In this document: one piece after another, positions 27,940 to 38,524 of the stretch | Layout: the number at the start of each line of letters is the position of its first letter | Position numbering within the stretch: position 1 is the first letter of the stretch | Origin: Burkholderiales bacterium | GTDB taxonomy: Bacteria; Pseudomonadota; Gammaproteobacteria; Burkholderiales; Eutrophovitaceae | Assembly (NCBI GenBank): GCA_030834275.1 | Contig: JAURFP010000001.1 | Location: 17,359-81,358, forward strand | DNA: 64,000 nt | Direction: 5' to 3' | The notes under the pieces: generated by a model | The model's input: only the letters and a program-made list of their open reading frames with translations | The model's database searches: none | What the model was told of the DNA's origin: nothing | Position numbers and translations under genes: made by a program

Positions 27940-29226
27940 CTACGCAACTCTTCGATGACCGTAGCGACGCACTCTAATATCAGCTTGTTCCTTATGGCCT
28001 GCAAACCCTTCTACTTCACAAAGTCTCGAGCAATACTCTCCCACCATCGCACTGGCTTCCGGCTTTACTCGCTGATAGGTACACGTTTTTATGAATTTTC
28101 CTACCCACAGCCCGCCCGTGTAACGCGCAGCTTTACGCGTGGGCAGAGTGTGGTTTGTTCCAATCACCTTGTCCCCAAAAGATACATTGGTCTCCGGCCC
28201 CAAAAATAAGGCTCCAAAGTTTGTCATGGTGTTTAAGAAATAATCATTATTGCGTGTCATCACCTGTACGTGCTCGGAGGCTATGCGATCAGCCTCTTTC
28301 ACCATCTCTGCATTGTCTTTACAAAGAATCACTTGACCATAATCTTCCCAAGCTTTCCCAGCAATCTGTGCCGTGGGCAGCACTTTCAACTGCTTATCGA
28401 TTTCCTTCATCGTATCCTCAGCAAGTCGCTTGGAGGTGGTGAGCAAGATTGCCGGAGAGTTAGGACCATGCTCGGCCTGGCCTAATAGATCAGTAGCGCA
28501 GAGCTCACCGTCGACAGCATCATCAGCAATCACCAAGGTTTCCGTTGGCCCCGCGAATAAATCAATACCAACGCGCCCCGATAATTGTCTCTTGGCCTCT
28601 GCAACAAACGCATTTCCAGGACCAGCAATCATATCCACCGCATTTATGCTGTCGGTACCGATTGCCATCGCGCCAATTGCTTGCACTCCACCAAGCGCAT
28701 AAATTTCCGTCGCACCTCCTAAATGCATCGCCGCAACAATTGCCGGATGTGGGCTGCCCTTGTACGGAGGCGCGCAAGCAATGATGCGTTTAACGCCAGC
28801 AACTTTTGCTGTGACAATACTCATGTGCGCACTAGCTACCATAGGGTATTTTCCCCCTGGAACGTAACAACCCACGCTGTTCACAGGAATATTCTTGTGG
28901 CCAAGAACCACGCCCGGCATAGTCTCCACTTCCACGTCACGAAGCGCGTCTCGCTGTATCTGCGCAAAGTTTCTGATCTGCGACTGCGCGAACTTGATAT
29001 CTTCAATCACCTGCCTGGGGAGACTCCGCACACACTCATCAATTTGAGCTTTCGTGAGACGAAAATCCTTAGGGCTCCAGTTATCAAATTTCTTTGATAA
29101 CGCTCGCACAGCTGCATCGCCACGCTTCTCGATATCAGCCAGGATCGTTTCAACAGTCTCACGAACCTTTGCAACGTCTGCAGCATCGTCCTCTGCAGAA
29201 ATGCCCTTTTTGAGCCATATTGCCAT
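27940..29226 (-). CDS. Histidinol dehydrogenase-family (HisD paralog) NAD-dependent dehydrogenase
   Basis: 428 aa. Motifs: [36 protein letters not shown]. No other his genes are nearby. Confidence 0.75.
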   Translation of the reverse strand: MAIWLKKGISAEDDAADVAKVRETVETILADIEKRGDAAVRALSKKFDNWSPKDFRLTKAQIDECVRSLPRQVIEDIKFAQSQIRNFAQIQRDALRDVEVETMPGVVLGHKNIPVNSVGCYVPGGKYPMVASAHMSIVTAKVAGVKRIIACAPPYKGSPHPAIVAAMHLGGATEIYALGGVQAIGAMAIGTDSINAVDMIAGPGNAFVAEAKRQLSGRVGIDLFAGPTETLVIADDAVDGELCATDLLGQAEHGPNSPAILLTTSKRLAEDTMKEIDKQLKVLPTAQIAGKAWEDYGQVILCKDNAEMVKEADRIASEHVQVMTRNNDYFLNTMTNFGALFLGPETNVSFGDKVIGTNHTLPTRKAARYTGGLWVGKFIKTCTYQRVKPEASAMVGEYCSRLCEVEGFAGHKEQADIRVRRYGHRRVA

Positions 29227-29502
29227 TGGTAATAGCCCTTCTTATAGAAAGTTATATAAATCAGTTGGTTATATCGTACGTTTCGCCAGAACATACACGC
29301 CAGAAGTCGTTATTTTCATTCGTATACGACGATCAGTCAATGGAAAGCCTGTAAAAAGTGTCCAAAAGGGTCATATTCCCCCCCAAACCGATCCAGTTGG
29401 ACGACGATAATCACCAAGCAATCATGTCCAGGAGCAGGGTGCGACATACTAAATAAGTTAAGCTATCATCCGAGCCTAGCCACTAACGATCACCACACAA
29501 AT

Positions 29503-30327
29503 ATGTCAGCAATCTCAAAAACGGTACTAGAAGATTTCAACAAGCTCGGGTTTGTCATAGTTAAAAGCCTCTTTGACCTCGAGGAGATCGGGATTTTGAG
29601 GGCCGCAATCGAAGAAGACCCAAACCTCAAAGCCAACCTTTATGACCGATTTGACGCGTCCGGTAAAGCTACAAGGATGGCAACGTGGAACCATCCTGGG
29701 GACAGTGTTTATGGGCTGGCCGCAAGGAGCAGGCGTATCGTTGACTCGATGGAAACAATTCTTCAAGGAGAGGTGTACCACTACCACTCAAAACTCACCG
29801 CAAAAGAACCTCGCGACGGAGGTGCGTGGGAATGGCATCAAGATTACGGTTATTGGTACCACAATGGAATTGTATTTCCGCAGCTCTGCAGCGTGATGGT
29901 CGCCCTAGATCAAACCACTCGTGAGAACGGATGCCTACAGGTCGTTGAAGGTTCACATTTATGCGGAAGAGTCGAACACGGCGTTCTGGACGGATCACAG
30001 GTTGGGGCAGATGCCAGACGAGTTGAGGAAATCCTAAAGTTTTTACCCATACGTTACGTAGAGCTAGAGCCTGGAGATGGAGTGTTTTTTCACTGCAATA
30101 CGCTCCATCGATCAGATCAAAATCGATCCGAAAAACGCCGCTGGACAGTCATCCACTGTTATAACCGAGCTACGAACAATCCGTTTATTGAGCATCATCA
30201 CCCCTTCTACACACCACTTCAAAAAGTGGATGACGATGCGATCAAAAAAGCAGGGGTAAAATTCTCAAGCTCCCGCAAGGAATTCAATGAGAAATCTGTG
30301 AACCCTCCAGAATTAACAAAGCAATAG
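29503..30327 (+). CDS. Phytanoyl-CoA dioxygenase (PhyH) family Fe(II)/2-oxoglutarate oxygenase
   Basis: 274 aa. WEWHQDYGYW (HxD) and a distal His (FFHCNTLHRS). Confidence 0.75.
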   Translation: MSAISKTVLEDFNKLGFVIVKSLFDLEEIGILRAAIEEDPNLKANLYDRFDASGKATRMATWNHPGDSVYGLAARSRRIVDSMETILQGEVYHYHSKLTAKEPRDGGAWEWHQDYGYWYHNGIVFPQLCSVMVALDQTTRENGCLQVVEGSHLCGRVEHGVLDGSQVGADARRVEEILKFLPIRYVELEPGDGVFFHCNTLHRSDQNRSEKRRWTVIHCYNRATNNPFIEHHHPFYTPLQKVDDDAIKKAGVKFSSSRKEFNEKSVNPPELTKQ

Positions 30328-30332
30328 TATTC

Positions 30333-31145
30333 GTGAATAAACCCCTGCAGAACGTAACTCCGAGAACTATTGGCATATTCGATTCCGGGATTGGCGGAAT
30401 TTCTATCCTCAGAGCTATTAGAAATCTTTTACCCAACGACGATCTTATTTACGTTGCCGATTCCCTTTATCTCCCGTATGGAACTAAAACTCCGAGCTGG
30501 ATAAAACAAAGATCAATCGCAATCTGCAAGTTTCTCGAGAGGGAAAATTCAAACGCTATAGTAGTAGCGTGCAACACTGCCACGGGCGCAGCTATCTCGT
30601 CGCTTAGAGAAAGCTTTAATCTACCCATCATAGGCATAGAGCCCGCCCTTAAACCAGCTGCGGAAAGTACAAAAACCGGCGCAGTAGGGATTCTCGCGAC
30701 AGCTGGGACTCTCGCGAGCGAAAAATATGACCAATTAAAAACAAAATTTGCGAGAGACCTCGTGATCTTCAACCAACCATGTCATGGGTTAGTCGAACTC
30801 ATTGAGACTGGAAACTGGAACGGCGCGGAACTAAAAACTTTAGCAAGTCAATTTCTGGAGCCGATGATGCAGGCATCAGTGGACAAGATTGTTCTCGGTT
30901 GTACCCACTATCCCTTCATCAGAGATACCATTCAGGAAATAGCGGGTAATGGTGTCGAATTAATTGATCCATCAATCCCGGTTGCTAGCGAACTAAAGCG
31001 ACGCCTCGAGATCGAAAACATAATAGACAATAAACTGTCTCCAGGTGAAATGCGCTTCTATGTGACCGGAGAGAGAGACAGATTTAAAGTAATCGTGGAC
31101 AAATTCCTTGACGTTGATGCAAAGGTAAATTCGATAGAAATTTAG
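30333..31145 (+). CDS. murI: Glutamate racemase
   Basis: 270 aa. Motifs: IGIFDSGIGGISIL, VVACNTATGAA, LGCTHYPF. GTG start 5 nt after the PhyH stop. Confidence 0.85.
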   Translation: MNKPLQNVTPRTIGIFDSGIGGISILRAIRNLLPNDDLIYVADSLYLPYGTKTPSWIKQRSIAICKFLERENSNAIVVACNTATGAAISSLRESFNLPIIGIEPALKPAAESTKTGAVGILATAGTLASEKYDQLKTKFARDLVIFNQPCHGLVELIETGNWNGAELKTLASQFLEPMMQASVDKIVLGCTHYPFIRDTIQEIAGNGVELIDPSIPVASELKRRLEIENIIDNKLSPGEMRFYVTGERDRFKVIVDKFLDVDAKVNSIEI

Positions 31146-31275
31146 TTATGGTAAAACGATGTTTCGGCATCAAGCCACGAGTCGTATTTTAAAAACACTG
31201 TTTTACACTCGCACGAAATAATGCAAGAAAATCCTGAAGGGATTTACTCTTTTAACCTTAAGCCACCAACAAGTT

Positions 31276-32304
31276 ATGCGCTCGAAAAATCTCATTAATA
31301 AATTATTGTTTTGCATTATTTCGTTGGGCGTAGTCGCTCTAGTGGGTATAGCACACGGGCAAGACGTACCAGTCTCGGCGCAAACATTTCGTGACGTTGC
31401 GATTTACCCTACGCGTGAGGCCCATGCGTCTACAGAATCACTCAATAACAGTACGATCAGCTCCGAAATCTCCGGAACAATCATCCTAATCAATGCCGAA
31501 ATTGGGCAACGAGTTTCCAAAGATGACGTATTAATACAACTTGATTCCACTGATTACCGACTCAATCTGATTCAGGCAAAAGCAAATCTAGATGCCGCAC
31601 GGTCCAAACTGGATTTAAGTAAAAAACAACTTGAGCGGAGCCGTCAACTTGTTGAGAAAGGATTCATTTCTCCAGAAGCCCTGAACATTCGTGAGGCTGA
31701 CCATTTAAACGCCGAGGCAAATCTGCAGCTTTATTATGCGCAGTACGAAACGGCCAAACGTAACGTAAAAAAATGCACTATCACCTCTCCTTTTGATGGA
31801 ATCGTCTCGTCGCGGCTCGGTAACCTCGGCGAGATCGCGCAACCAGGCAGCCCTCTATTACAAATCCATGACCTTAATTCAATTGAAGTAGCGGCCAAAA
31901 TTCAACCCATCGAGGCTGCTTCCCTGAGAGATAGCCTATCAGTGCAATTTTTAACGAACGGAACCCAATTCCCTTTACGCATCAAACGGATCGCTCCAAT
32001 CATATCGGAGGAAGATCGCTATCAAAAAGTCCGCCTATTGTTCGTTGGCAAAATTCCGCCGATAGGCGCACCGGGCGTGATCAAGTGGTCATCAAAAAAA
32101 CCACATGTTCCCGTCGACTTAATTGTTAGACGAGAAGGCAGACTGGGAGTCTTTCTCGTCGAGAAGGGTAAAGCTCGCTTTAAAATCCTCGAGGCTGCAA
32201 GCGAGGGAAATCCATCTGAGACTGATATCAGTCTCGACAGCATCATCATTACATACGGGCAACATCAGCTGCAGGACAACCAAGCGGTGAATGTCACCCG
32301 ATAA
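31276..32304 (+). CDS. RND efflux periplasmic adaptor (membrane fusion protein, HlyD family)
   Basis: 342 aa with an N-terminal signal/anchor, a coiled-coil hairpin region and a beta-barrel domain. TAATG coupling links it to the RND pump gene. Confidence 0.8.
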   Translation: MRSKNLINKLLFCIISLGVVALVGIAHGQDVPVSAQTFRDVAIYPTREAHASTESLNNSTISSEISGTIILINAEIGQRVSKDDVLIQLDSTDYRLNLIQAKANLDAARSKLDLSKKQLERSRQLVEKGFISPEALNIREADHLNAEANLQLYYAQYETAKRNVKKCTITSPFDGIVSSRLGNLGEIAQPGSPLLQIHDLNSIEVAAKIQPIEAASLRDSLSVQFLTNGTQFPLRIKRIAPIISEEDRYQKVRLLFVGKIPPIGAPGVIKWSSKKPHVPVDLIVRREGRLGVFLVEKGKARFKILEAASEGNPSETDISLDSIIITYGQHQLQDNQAVNVTR

Positions 32305-35300
32305 TGGCACCTCTCAAACGATTTCTCTCGAACCATGTTCTCGCAAATCTAACATTTGCAGTCGTACTCATTATGGGTATAGGTGGATACCTGAATATGC
32401 CACGAGAGCAGGATCCAGAAATCAACTTTAACTGGATCCAGGTAACCACGGTCTATCGAGGCGCATCAACTGAAGATGTCGAAAAACTTGTCACGCAACC
32501 CATCGAGGATGCAATCAGAAAAGTTTCAGATGTCCGCTACGTCTCCTCAAGAAGCCGAGAAGGTATCTCAACGATCTTAGTTCGATTTGAAGATCTGTCA
32601 GATAGCATTTTTGACAAAAGGATCAATGATCTCAGGAGAGAGATACAAAACAAGACAAACCAAGACATTCCGGATGAGGTTGACGATCCACGAATTATGG
32701 AAATAACGACCTCGAACGGATTTCCTACCGCAATGGTTATGGTGCTCGGTCAAGCAAATGATGAAGTCCTAAGACAAGCCGCGCGGCGCGTCCGAGATGA
32801 CCTTGAGCGCATCGTTGGGGTCGATGAGGTTTTCACGGTAGGTTTGCAGGACCCTGAATTACTCGTTGAGTTTAATCCCAGAGAAATAGCAAATTATGGC
32901 ATCTCCCCCGAAAATTTATCCGACTCAATCGCGGCTTGGTTTCGAGATGTCTCCGCGGGAAATATAAAAATTTCCCAACAAGACTGGTTAATCCGTCTCA
33001 TCGGAAAAAGTGATAGGCCTGAAGACCTAAACGCGCTACCAGTGAAATTATCTCCAGGAACAGAGTATGTTCCATTATCGTCCGTTGCAAAAACAAGCAA
33101 AGTCCGAGAAAAACCAGTTCAGCTCGCATCACAAAATCAAAGGGATGGCGTTCTACTCTCGATCACGAAGAAAAGTTATACCAACACGATAGAACTGGTA
33201 GATCGTATCAATCAATATCTAAAAAATCAGAACACCGTTCTAATACCAATTGGAATACATCTCGCTTTGGTCGATGATCAAACCATTCCCACAAAAGAAG
33301 CTATCAATATCATGCAAATTAATGCGGGACTTGGTTTACTTCTAGTGCTTGCTACAACTTGGGCTTTTTTAGGTGGGAGAATGGCGATACTCCTGAGCCT
33401 TGGCATACCGTTTTCGATAGCGGGAGCTTTTGCTGTGATTTATGCGATCGGTTGGACGCTAAACGTATCCATCCTGCTGGGCGTTGTGATTGTTCTAGGG
33501 ATGCTAGTGGACGATACAGTTGTTGTCGTGGAAGCAATCTACTACCGAATGTCTCGGGGTTTAGATGCGGTCACGGCGAGTATTAATGCCCTTCGAGAAA
33601 TTTTTACACCCGTTCTAACTTCGGTTCTCACCACGATTGCAGCCTTTCTACCTTTGATGCTACTTCCCGGCATTGTTGGAAAGTTCATGTTGGTTGTTCC
33701 GGCAGTTGTCACGCTTGCACTAGCTTTTAGCTTGGTTGAAGCTTTTTGGATGCTACCGGCCCATATTATGGGACTCAACTTCGACTTCAAAAAGAAAACA
33801 AAAATTCAAAGAATTCGAGAATCTCGGACTCGTTTTATTAGACGCAAGTACACGAAATTTTTGTTATTCGTCATCAGACGGGCTAAAACCTTTCTAGTGG
33901 TGTCTTTTTTGGCATTCGTCCTTGCGTTGACAGCTGTTGGCGCCGGGTTTGTGAAAATTCAATTTTTCGCCTTTGATCCAATAAGAATTTTCTATGTAAA
34001 TGTCGATTTGCCTTCGGGAACCGTGCTCGAGGAAACAATGAAGCAAACCGAGATAATCGAACAAAAAGTCCGACAATTCGTGAGGCCAAGTGAAGAGCGC
34101 GCGATTACGACAGTAGCTGGGATCAAATATACGGACACAGAACCACTATATGCAAGCCGATTCGGCCAAATCATTGTTAGCCTAAATCCGAAAGAAGGCA
34201 ACATGCGAGAAGTCGACGATGTGATTAATTCGATGCGAGACGACATTACGCAAAATAACGGCCCAGCGAACGTGACATTTACTAGGATATCGGGAGGACC
34301 TCCTCTAACTAAACCGATCAGCGTAAAAATTCGCGGCGATAATTTCGATAGCCTAACGAAGGTGTCTAATGAGCTATCTAAGTTTCTGAAAACAGTCGAC
34401 TCGGTATTTGATATAAGTGACGACAATACTCCCGGAAGAAATGAATTAAATCTCCGGCTAAACCAGGAATCGATCAAGCAATCCGGGCTCAATCCAAACA
34501 ATATCGCCAGAGCGATCCGACTGCTCATTGATGGTGAAATCGTGGCTTACGTTCGAACTGGGGGAGAACAAATTGACGTTCGAATTAAATCAGATTTACT
34601 AGATATTGAGGGCACGGATCAATTATTGTCATTACCCATTACGACTCCATCTGGAAATGAAGTGGCTCTTCGGCAGTTGGTTCATGTTAATCATGGAGTC
34701 TCTCGCGAAAGCATTCGACACTACAACTTCAGACGAACTCTCACACTTGAAGCGGACATCGACAGAGAACGAACTAATGAAGTTGAAGTTAATAATTTAA
34801 TCAAAGCCGAATGGGAAAAAATTAAAGAGAACTATCCTGACGTCGCCCTGGATTTCTCTGGCGCGCTAGATGACATTCAAGAAAGCCTCGATGCAATGTT
34901 ATTACTTTTTTTGTTTGGCATAGGACTCATCTACTTGTTAATAGGAACCCAATTCAAAAGTTACTACCAACCACTAATGATTCTCGCTTCGGTCCCACTA
35001 GCATTCATTGGAGTTGTAATCGGCTTAGTAATTACGCAAAACCCTCTTAGCCTTTACACTATGTATGGAATCGTGGCATTAACCGGTATCTCAGTTAACA
35101 GTGCGATCGTGTTAATTGATGCAGCTAATTCACGACGGATGTCAGGAATGAGTAGTCTTCACTCAATTGTTTATGCAGGAAGACGCCGAGTAATTCCCGT
35201 CATCATCACTTCGTTTACAACGATAGCAGGCTTACTCTCTCTTGCAACAGGGTTAGGCGGAAGCTCACTACTTTGGGGTCCTGTCGCCTCCTCAATTATG

Positions 35301-35372
35301 TGGGGGTTGGGAGTATCAACCATTATGACGCTATTCGTTGTCCCTCTTCTGTATAAAGTATTTGTTAAATAA
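32304..35372 (+). CDS. RND efflux permease (AcrB/HAE family)
   Basis: 1022 aa. Two large periplasmic loops and 12 predicted TM segments give the typical AcrB layout. Confidence 0.9.
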   Translation: MAPLKRFLSNHVLANLTFAVVLIMGIGGYLNMPREQDPEINFNWIQVTTVYRGASTEDVEKLVTQPIEDAIRKVSDVRYVSSRSREGISTILVRFEDLSDSIFDKRINDLRREIQNKTNQDIPDEVDDPRIMEITTSNGFPTAMVMVLGQANDEVLRQAARRVRDDLERIVGVDEVFTVGLQDPELLVEFNPREIANYGISPENLSDSIAAWFRDVSAGNIKISQQDWLIRLIGKSDRPEDLNALPVKLSPGTEYVPLSSVAKTSKVREKPVQLASQNQRDGVLLSITKKSYTNTIELVDRINQYLKNQNTVLIPIGIHLALVDDQTIPTKEAINIMQINAGLGLLLVLATTWAFLGGRMAILLSLGIPFSIAGAFAVIYAIGWTLNVSILLGVVIVLGMLVDDTVVVVEAIYYRMSRGLDAVTASINALREIFTPVLTSVLTTIAAFLPLMLLPGIVGKFMLVVPAVVTLALAFSLVEAFWMLPAHIMGLNFDFKKKTKIQRIRESRTRFIRRKYTKFLLFVIRRAKTFLVVSFLAFVLALTAVGAGFVKIQFFAFDPIRIFYVNVDLPSGTVLEETMKQTEIIEQKVRQFVRPSEERAITTVAGIKYTDTEPLYASRFGQIIVSLNPKEGNMREVDDVINSMRDDITQNNGPANVTFTRISGGPPLTKPISVKIRGDNFDSLTKVSNELSKFLKTVDSVFDISDDNTPGRNELNLRLNQESIKQSGLNPNNIARAIRLLIDGEIVAYVRTGGEQIDVRIKSDLLDIEGTDQLLSLPITTPSGNEVALRQLVHVNHGVSRESIRHYNFRRTLTLEADIDRERTNEVEVNNLIKAEWEKIKENYPDVALDFSGALDDIQESLDAMLLLFLFGIGLIYLLIGTQFKSYYQPLMILASVPLAFIGVVIGLVITQNPLSLYTMYGIVALTGISVNSAIVLIDAANSRRMSGMSSLHSIVYAGRRRVIPVIITSFTTIAGLLSLATGLGGSSLLWGPVASSIMWGLGVSTIMTLFVVPLLYKVFVK

Positions 35373-35508
35373 CGGTATGCGGCAGATTGCCTAAACATGA
35401 AGTTATGTAAGGTAACTTCCTAATAACATGAGAGGGTATACAACTTATATCTTTGATCAGCGTATCAATAATCGATCAGCACCCCGAATCAAAATAATAA
35501 ATCAACGA

Positions 35509-36387
35509 TTACGAATTTCTTGAACCCTCTCGTAAATTCAACCAACTTCCCAAAAAAACAATTGCAGCACCAACGTAGACCCAGAGATCAGGCATCTCTG
35601 CGTAGGCAAAAAAACCTACAAGCGCGATAAACGGTAAGCGCAAGAAATCTATCGGCATCAAGACTGCAACACGTTCCAACTTAAACGCCCGAGTCATACA
35701 ATAATGAGCTGACAGGGCAAATAGACCGATGCTGATAACCCAAAAACACATCATTGCCGAGGGAAAATGCCAATCCTCAGTAAAAGCAAACGCAGACATC
35801 GGTAGCTGTAGAGCTGACATATAAAAAAGTATTGCTATCGAAGAATCAACATCCGAGAGTTTCTTGGTAAAAGTGTGCGCTACCCCATAGGAAAGAGCTG
35901 CGCCCAAAACAACGAAAGCCACTGGACTGATTGCCTGAACTCCAGGTCGAAGCATGACCAACACGCCGATAAATCCAATAAAGATTGCAATTCTGCGGAC
36001 AGCGCTGATCTTTTCACCCAGATACAACGACGCAAATATCGCAGTCCAAATTGGCATCGTAAACTCAAGGGCAAACACTTCCGCCAAAGGTATAAGCGCA
36101 ATCCCGAAAATCCATGCAAATTGGCCAACGAAGTGAGCTAAATTGCGCACAATATGAAGGCCGAGATAATTCGTACGGACTCGATGCCAACCCACTTTCA
36201 TGACAATGGCGGCCATCACCAAGAAACTAACAACTCCACGAAAAAATAAAATCTGAAAAGTTGAAAACTCTGCAGATAATTCGCGGGCAGCAATCGCCAT
36301 CATAGCGAGCGACAAGACAGCAACCACCATCCAAAGTGATGCTCGAAACAATTGAGTTCCAGCCATGCCTCTACAAAAATCTTTCAA
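35509..36387 (-). CDS. DMT-superfamily transporter (EamA-like)
   Basis: 292 aa, about 10 hydrophobic helices with a duplicated EamA pattern. Confidence 0.75.
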   Translation of the reverse strand: MKDFCRGMAGTQLFRASLWMVVAVLSLAMMAIAARELSAEFSTFQILFFRGVVSFLVMAAIVMKVGWHRVRTNYLGLHIVRNLAHFVGQFAWIFGIALIPLAEVFALEFTMPIWTAIFASLYLGEKISAVRRIAIFIGFIGVLVMLRPGVQAISPVAFVVLGAALSYGVAHTFTKKLSDVDSSIAILFYMSALQLPMSAFAFTEDWHFPSAMMCFWVISIGLFALSAHYCMTRAFKLERVAVLMPIDFLRLPFIALVGFFAYAEMPDLWVYVGAAIVFLGSWLNLREGSRNS

Positions 36388-36413
36388 ACGGAAGGACTAA
36401 AGTTATCGCCGGT

Positions 36414-37202
36414 CTACACCCGGTAATTGACTCCTTGGTTATCAAGCATACGGGTGAGCGCATTCCACGTATCCATAGCCATCTTATAACCCCCCGCATT
36501 TTCGAATTGCTTATAGACTTTAAGAGCAATCTCTTCGGGAATTCGTAAGAGGTTATCTACCCCGGCCGCAACGGCATCAATCTGAATTTGACATGCCGCA
36601 TCAAGGTAGTACATTACTTCAACAGCCTCGGCGACCGTCTTTCCAACCGTTAGAAGCCCATGGTTACGAAGGATCATCGCTCGCGACTCCTTCCCGAGAT
36701 CACTAGCCAAACGCACCCGCTCATCGAGGTCAAGCGCAATACCTTCATAGTCATGATACGTGACCATTCCATACGTTCGGGCGGCATGTTGGCTAATTGG
36801 CAGCAGACCATCCTTGTACGCAGACACAGCTACACCGGCTCTGGTATGAGTATGCAGCACCGCCCCAACTTCAGGTCTCGCCTCGTGAATACAGCCATGA
36901 ATCACGAACCCCGCTGGATTTACACCTAGTCCTGTGACGTCTTCAATAATATTTGCATCACTATCAATTTTCACCAAATTTGATGCGGTAATTTCGTTAA
37001 ATAAAAGCCCGTAGGGGTTGATCAAAAAATGTTCTGACCCAGGAACTCGAGCGGTGAAATGCGTAAAGATGAGATCGGTCCACTTAAGATGATGGGCAAC
37101 ACGATACGCTGCAGCAAGATCACATCGCACGCGCCATTCTTCTTTACTCACCTTTGTTTCAAGCGACACCGTTGAAATCGCATTGCTATTTTCGCGATAC
37201 AT
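36414..37202 (-). CDS. Class II aldolase/adducin-head family protein
   Basis: Motifs: ...FVIHGCIHEARPEVGAVLHTHTRAGVAVS...LRNHGLLTVG. Start ATG 37202 (MYRENS) has a G-rich SD. The extension to 37268 would overlap the chrA gene. Confidence 0.8.
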   Translation of the reverse strand: MYRENSNAISTVSLETKVSKEEWRVRCDLAAAYRVAHHLKWTDLIFTHFTARVPGSEHFLINPYGLLFNEITASNLVKIDSDANIIEDVTGLGVNPAGFVIHGCIHEARPEVGAVLHTHTRAGVAVSAYKDGLLPISQHAARTYGMVTYHDYEGIALDLDERVRLASDLGKESRAMILRNHGLLTVGKTVAEAVEVMYYLDAACQIQIDAVAAGVDNLLRIPEEIALKVYKQFENAGGYKMAMDTWNALTRMLDNQGVNYRV

Positions 37203-37254
37203 ACTACCCCCCGTAAATGCTAATTGTTTCAATAATACAGCACTAAACGAGTGC

Positions 37255-37779
37255 TCAAACAATCCCAAGCATTCCTAAAATAGCGCCGAGACCAATTAAA
37301 ATTAAGAGATGCACGCGGGTGCGCCAAACGAGAAGCATTACCAAGGTCCCTAAAATCCAGGCTTTCATGGAATGGAATCCGTCAACGATAATCCATCCCG
37401 TTGAGAAAAGTAAACCCACAACGATTGGGGTAAATCCTGCTTTGATTGCAACTACCCACTTTCTGTGTTGATTAAATTGGCCCCATTTAGCGACGTAGTA
37501 GGCCAATGTAGTCGAGGGTAAGATTATCGCCAGCGTGAGCACCAAAGCCCCAAATAACCCACCAACTTGATACCCCAAGACTGCGACAAACATCACATTG
37601 GGACCGGGTGAAATCTTTCCAAGCGCAATTGCAGTGACGAACTCGTTGTTACTAAGTAACCCCATATCATCAACAATGACTCGATGCATATCGGATGCCA
37701 CTGTCATCGCCCCGCCAATCGCTAGAAACGAAAACGCGAAGAACTGCAAAATAAGAAATAACCAATCACTAGTACTCAT
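37255..37779 (-). CDS. Chromate transporter, short-chain CHR half (C-terminal-type)
   Basis: 174 aa. FLAIGGAMTVASDMHRVIVD...ALGKISPGPNV. It directly abuts the upstream half (TAAATG). Confidence 0.8.
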   Translation of the reverse strand: MSTSDWLFLILQFFAFSFLAIGGAMTVASDMHRVIVDDMGLLSNNEFVTAIALGKISPGPNVMFVAVLGYQVGGLFGALVLTLAIILPSTTLAYYVAKWGQFNQHRKWVVAIKAGFTPIVVGLLFSTGWIIVDGFHSMKAWILGTLVMLLVWRTRVHLLILIGLGAILGMLGIV

Positions 37780-38460
37780 TTATTTCACTTCTGTATCTCG
37801 TCGTAAAAGAATTCGATAGGTCGCGATAACCGCAGATCCCCCAATCAATAAGATGACGATATAAATCGGAATTCGGAAAATACCAACTAACGCAAAAACT
37901 GAAACTGCTAAAATCAAAAGAAGTTGGTAACGCATCACACCAGATTTAAGCCCAGAGACCAAACGCAATGCTGTACCGAGGGTCATGCCCCCAGCCACGA
38001 CTGACATCCCTCGGATCGCCCCTACTACCAGCTCATTATCCGAAAAATATCCATAACTTTGATACACGAATAGAACGATAATAATGGGTAGAACCATCAT
38101 GCCAGCAAGCGCAGAAAACGCTCCCGATCGACCAAAAAAACGATCGCCTATCGCAAGAGAAAGATTACAAACATTGGGGCCTGGCAATAGCTGAGCGACA
38201 GAGAAAAGTTCTAGAAATTCTTCCTGACTAATCCAGCGCTTTTGCTCGACCAGAATACGTTGAGTAATCGATATAACACCTCCGAAACCTTGAAGCGCAA
38301 GCAACGTGAATACGATAAAAATCTCGAAGCACGATTTTGGTTTATTTTGTGGCAAAACTATCGGAGACGGCATGCAGTATGAGCTTATAAGTACGATTAC
38401 TTTACGGAGTACAATGCCAGCTATGATATATGAGAGACCGGCTTTTGAACTGGAAAACAT
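37780..38460 (-). CDS. Chromate transporter, short-chain CHR half (N-terminal-type)
   Basis: LLALQGFGGVISITQRILVEQKRWISQEEFLELFSVAQLLPGPNV. The start is uncertain: ATG 38460 or ATG 38373. Confidence 0.75.
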   Translation of the reverse strand: MFSSSKAGLSYIIAGIVLRKVIVLISSYCMPSPIVLPQNKPKSCFEIFIVFTLLALQGFGGVISITQRILVEQKRWISQEEFLELFSVAQLLPGPNVCNLSLAIGDRFFGRSGAFSALAGMMVLPIIIVLFVYQSYGYFSDNELVVGAIRGMSVVAGGMTLGTALRLVSGLKSGVMRYQLLLILAVSVFALVGIFRIPIYIVILLIGGSAVIATYRILLRRDTEVK

Positions 38461-38524
38461 TTTGGATGATTCGCCTAATAAGATATTTGATTGAGTATCA
38501 ATTGACCGGCAATTAAAAAGAGCG

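Noticed and set aside
10070-29226. The ComB-family phosphatase (10070) plus the HisD/HpsN-like dehydrogenase (27940) could form a sulfolactate/DHPS pathway.
   Set aside because: The genes are 17 kb apart in unrelated operons. I recognise no SuyAB, SlcD, ComA/ComC or sulfonate exporter genes. The link rests only on family names.
37255-38460. The two half-size chromate-transporter ORFs could be a frameshifted chrA pseudogene.
   Set aside because: Each half has its own start and the junction is a clean TAA-ATG. Paired short-chain CHR genes are an established arrangement (for example the B. subtilis ywrA/ywrB type).
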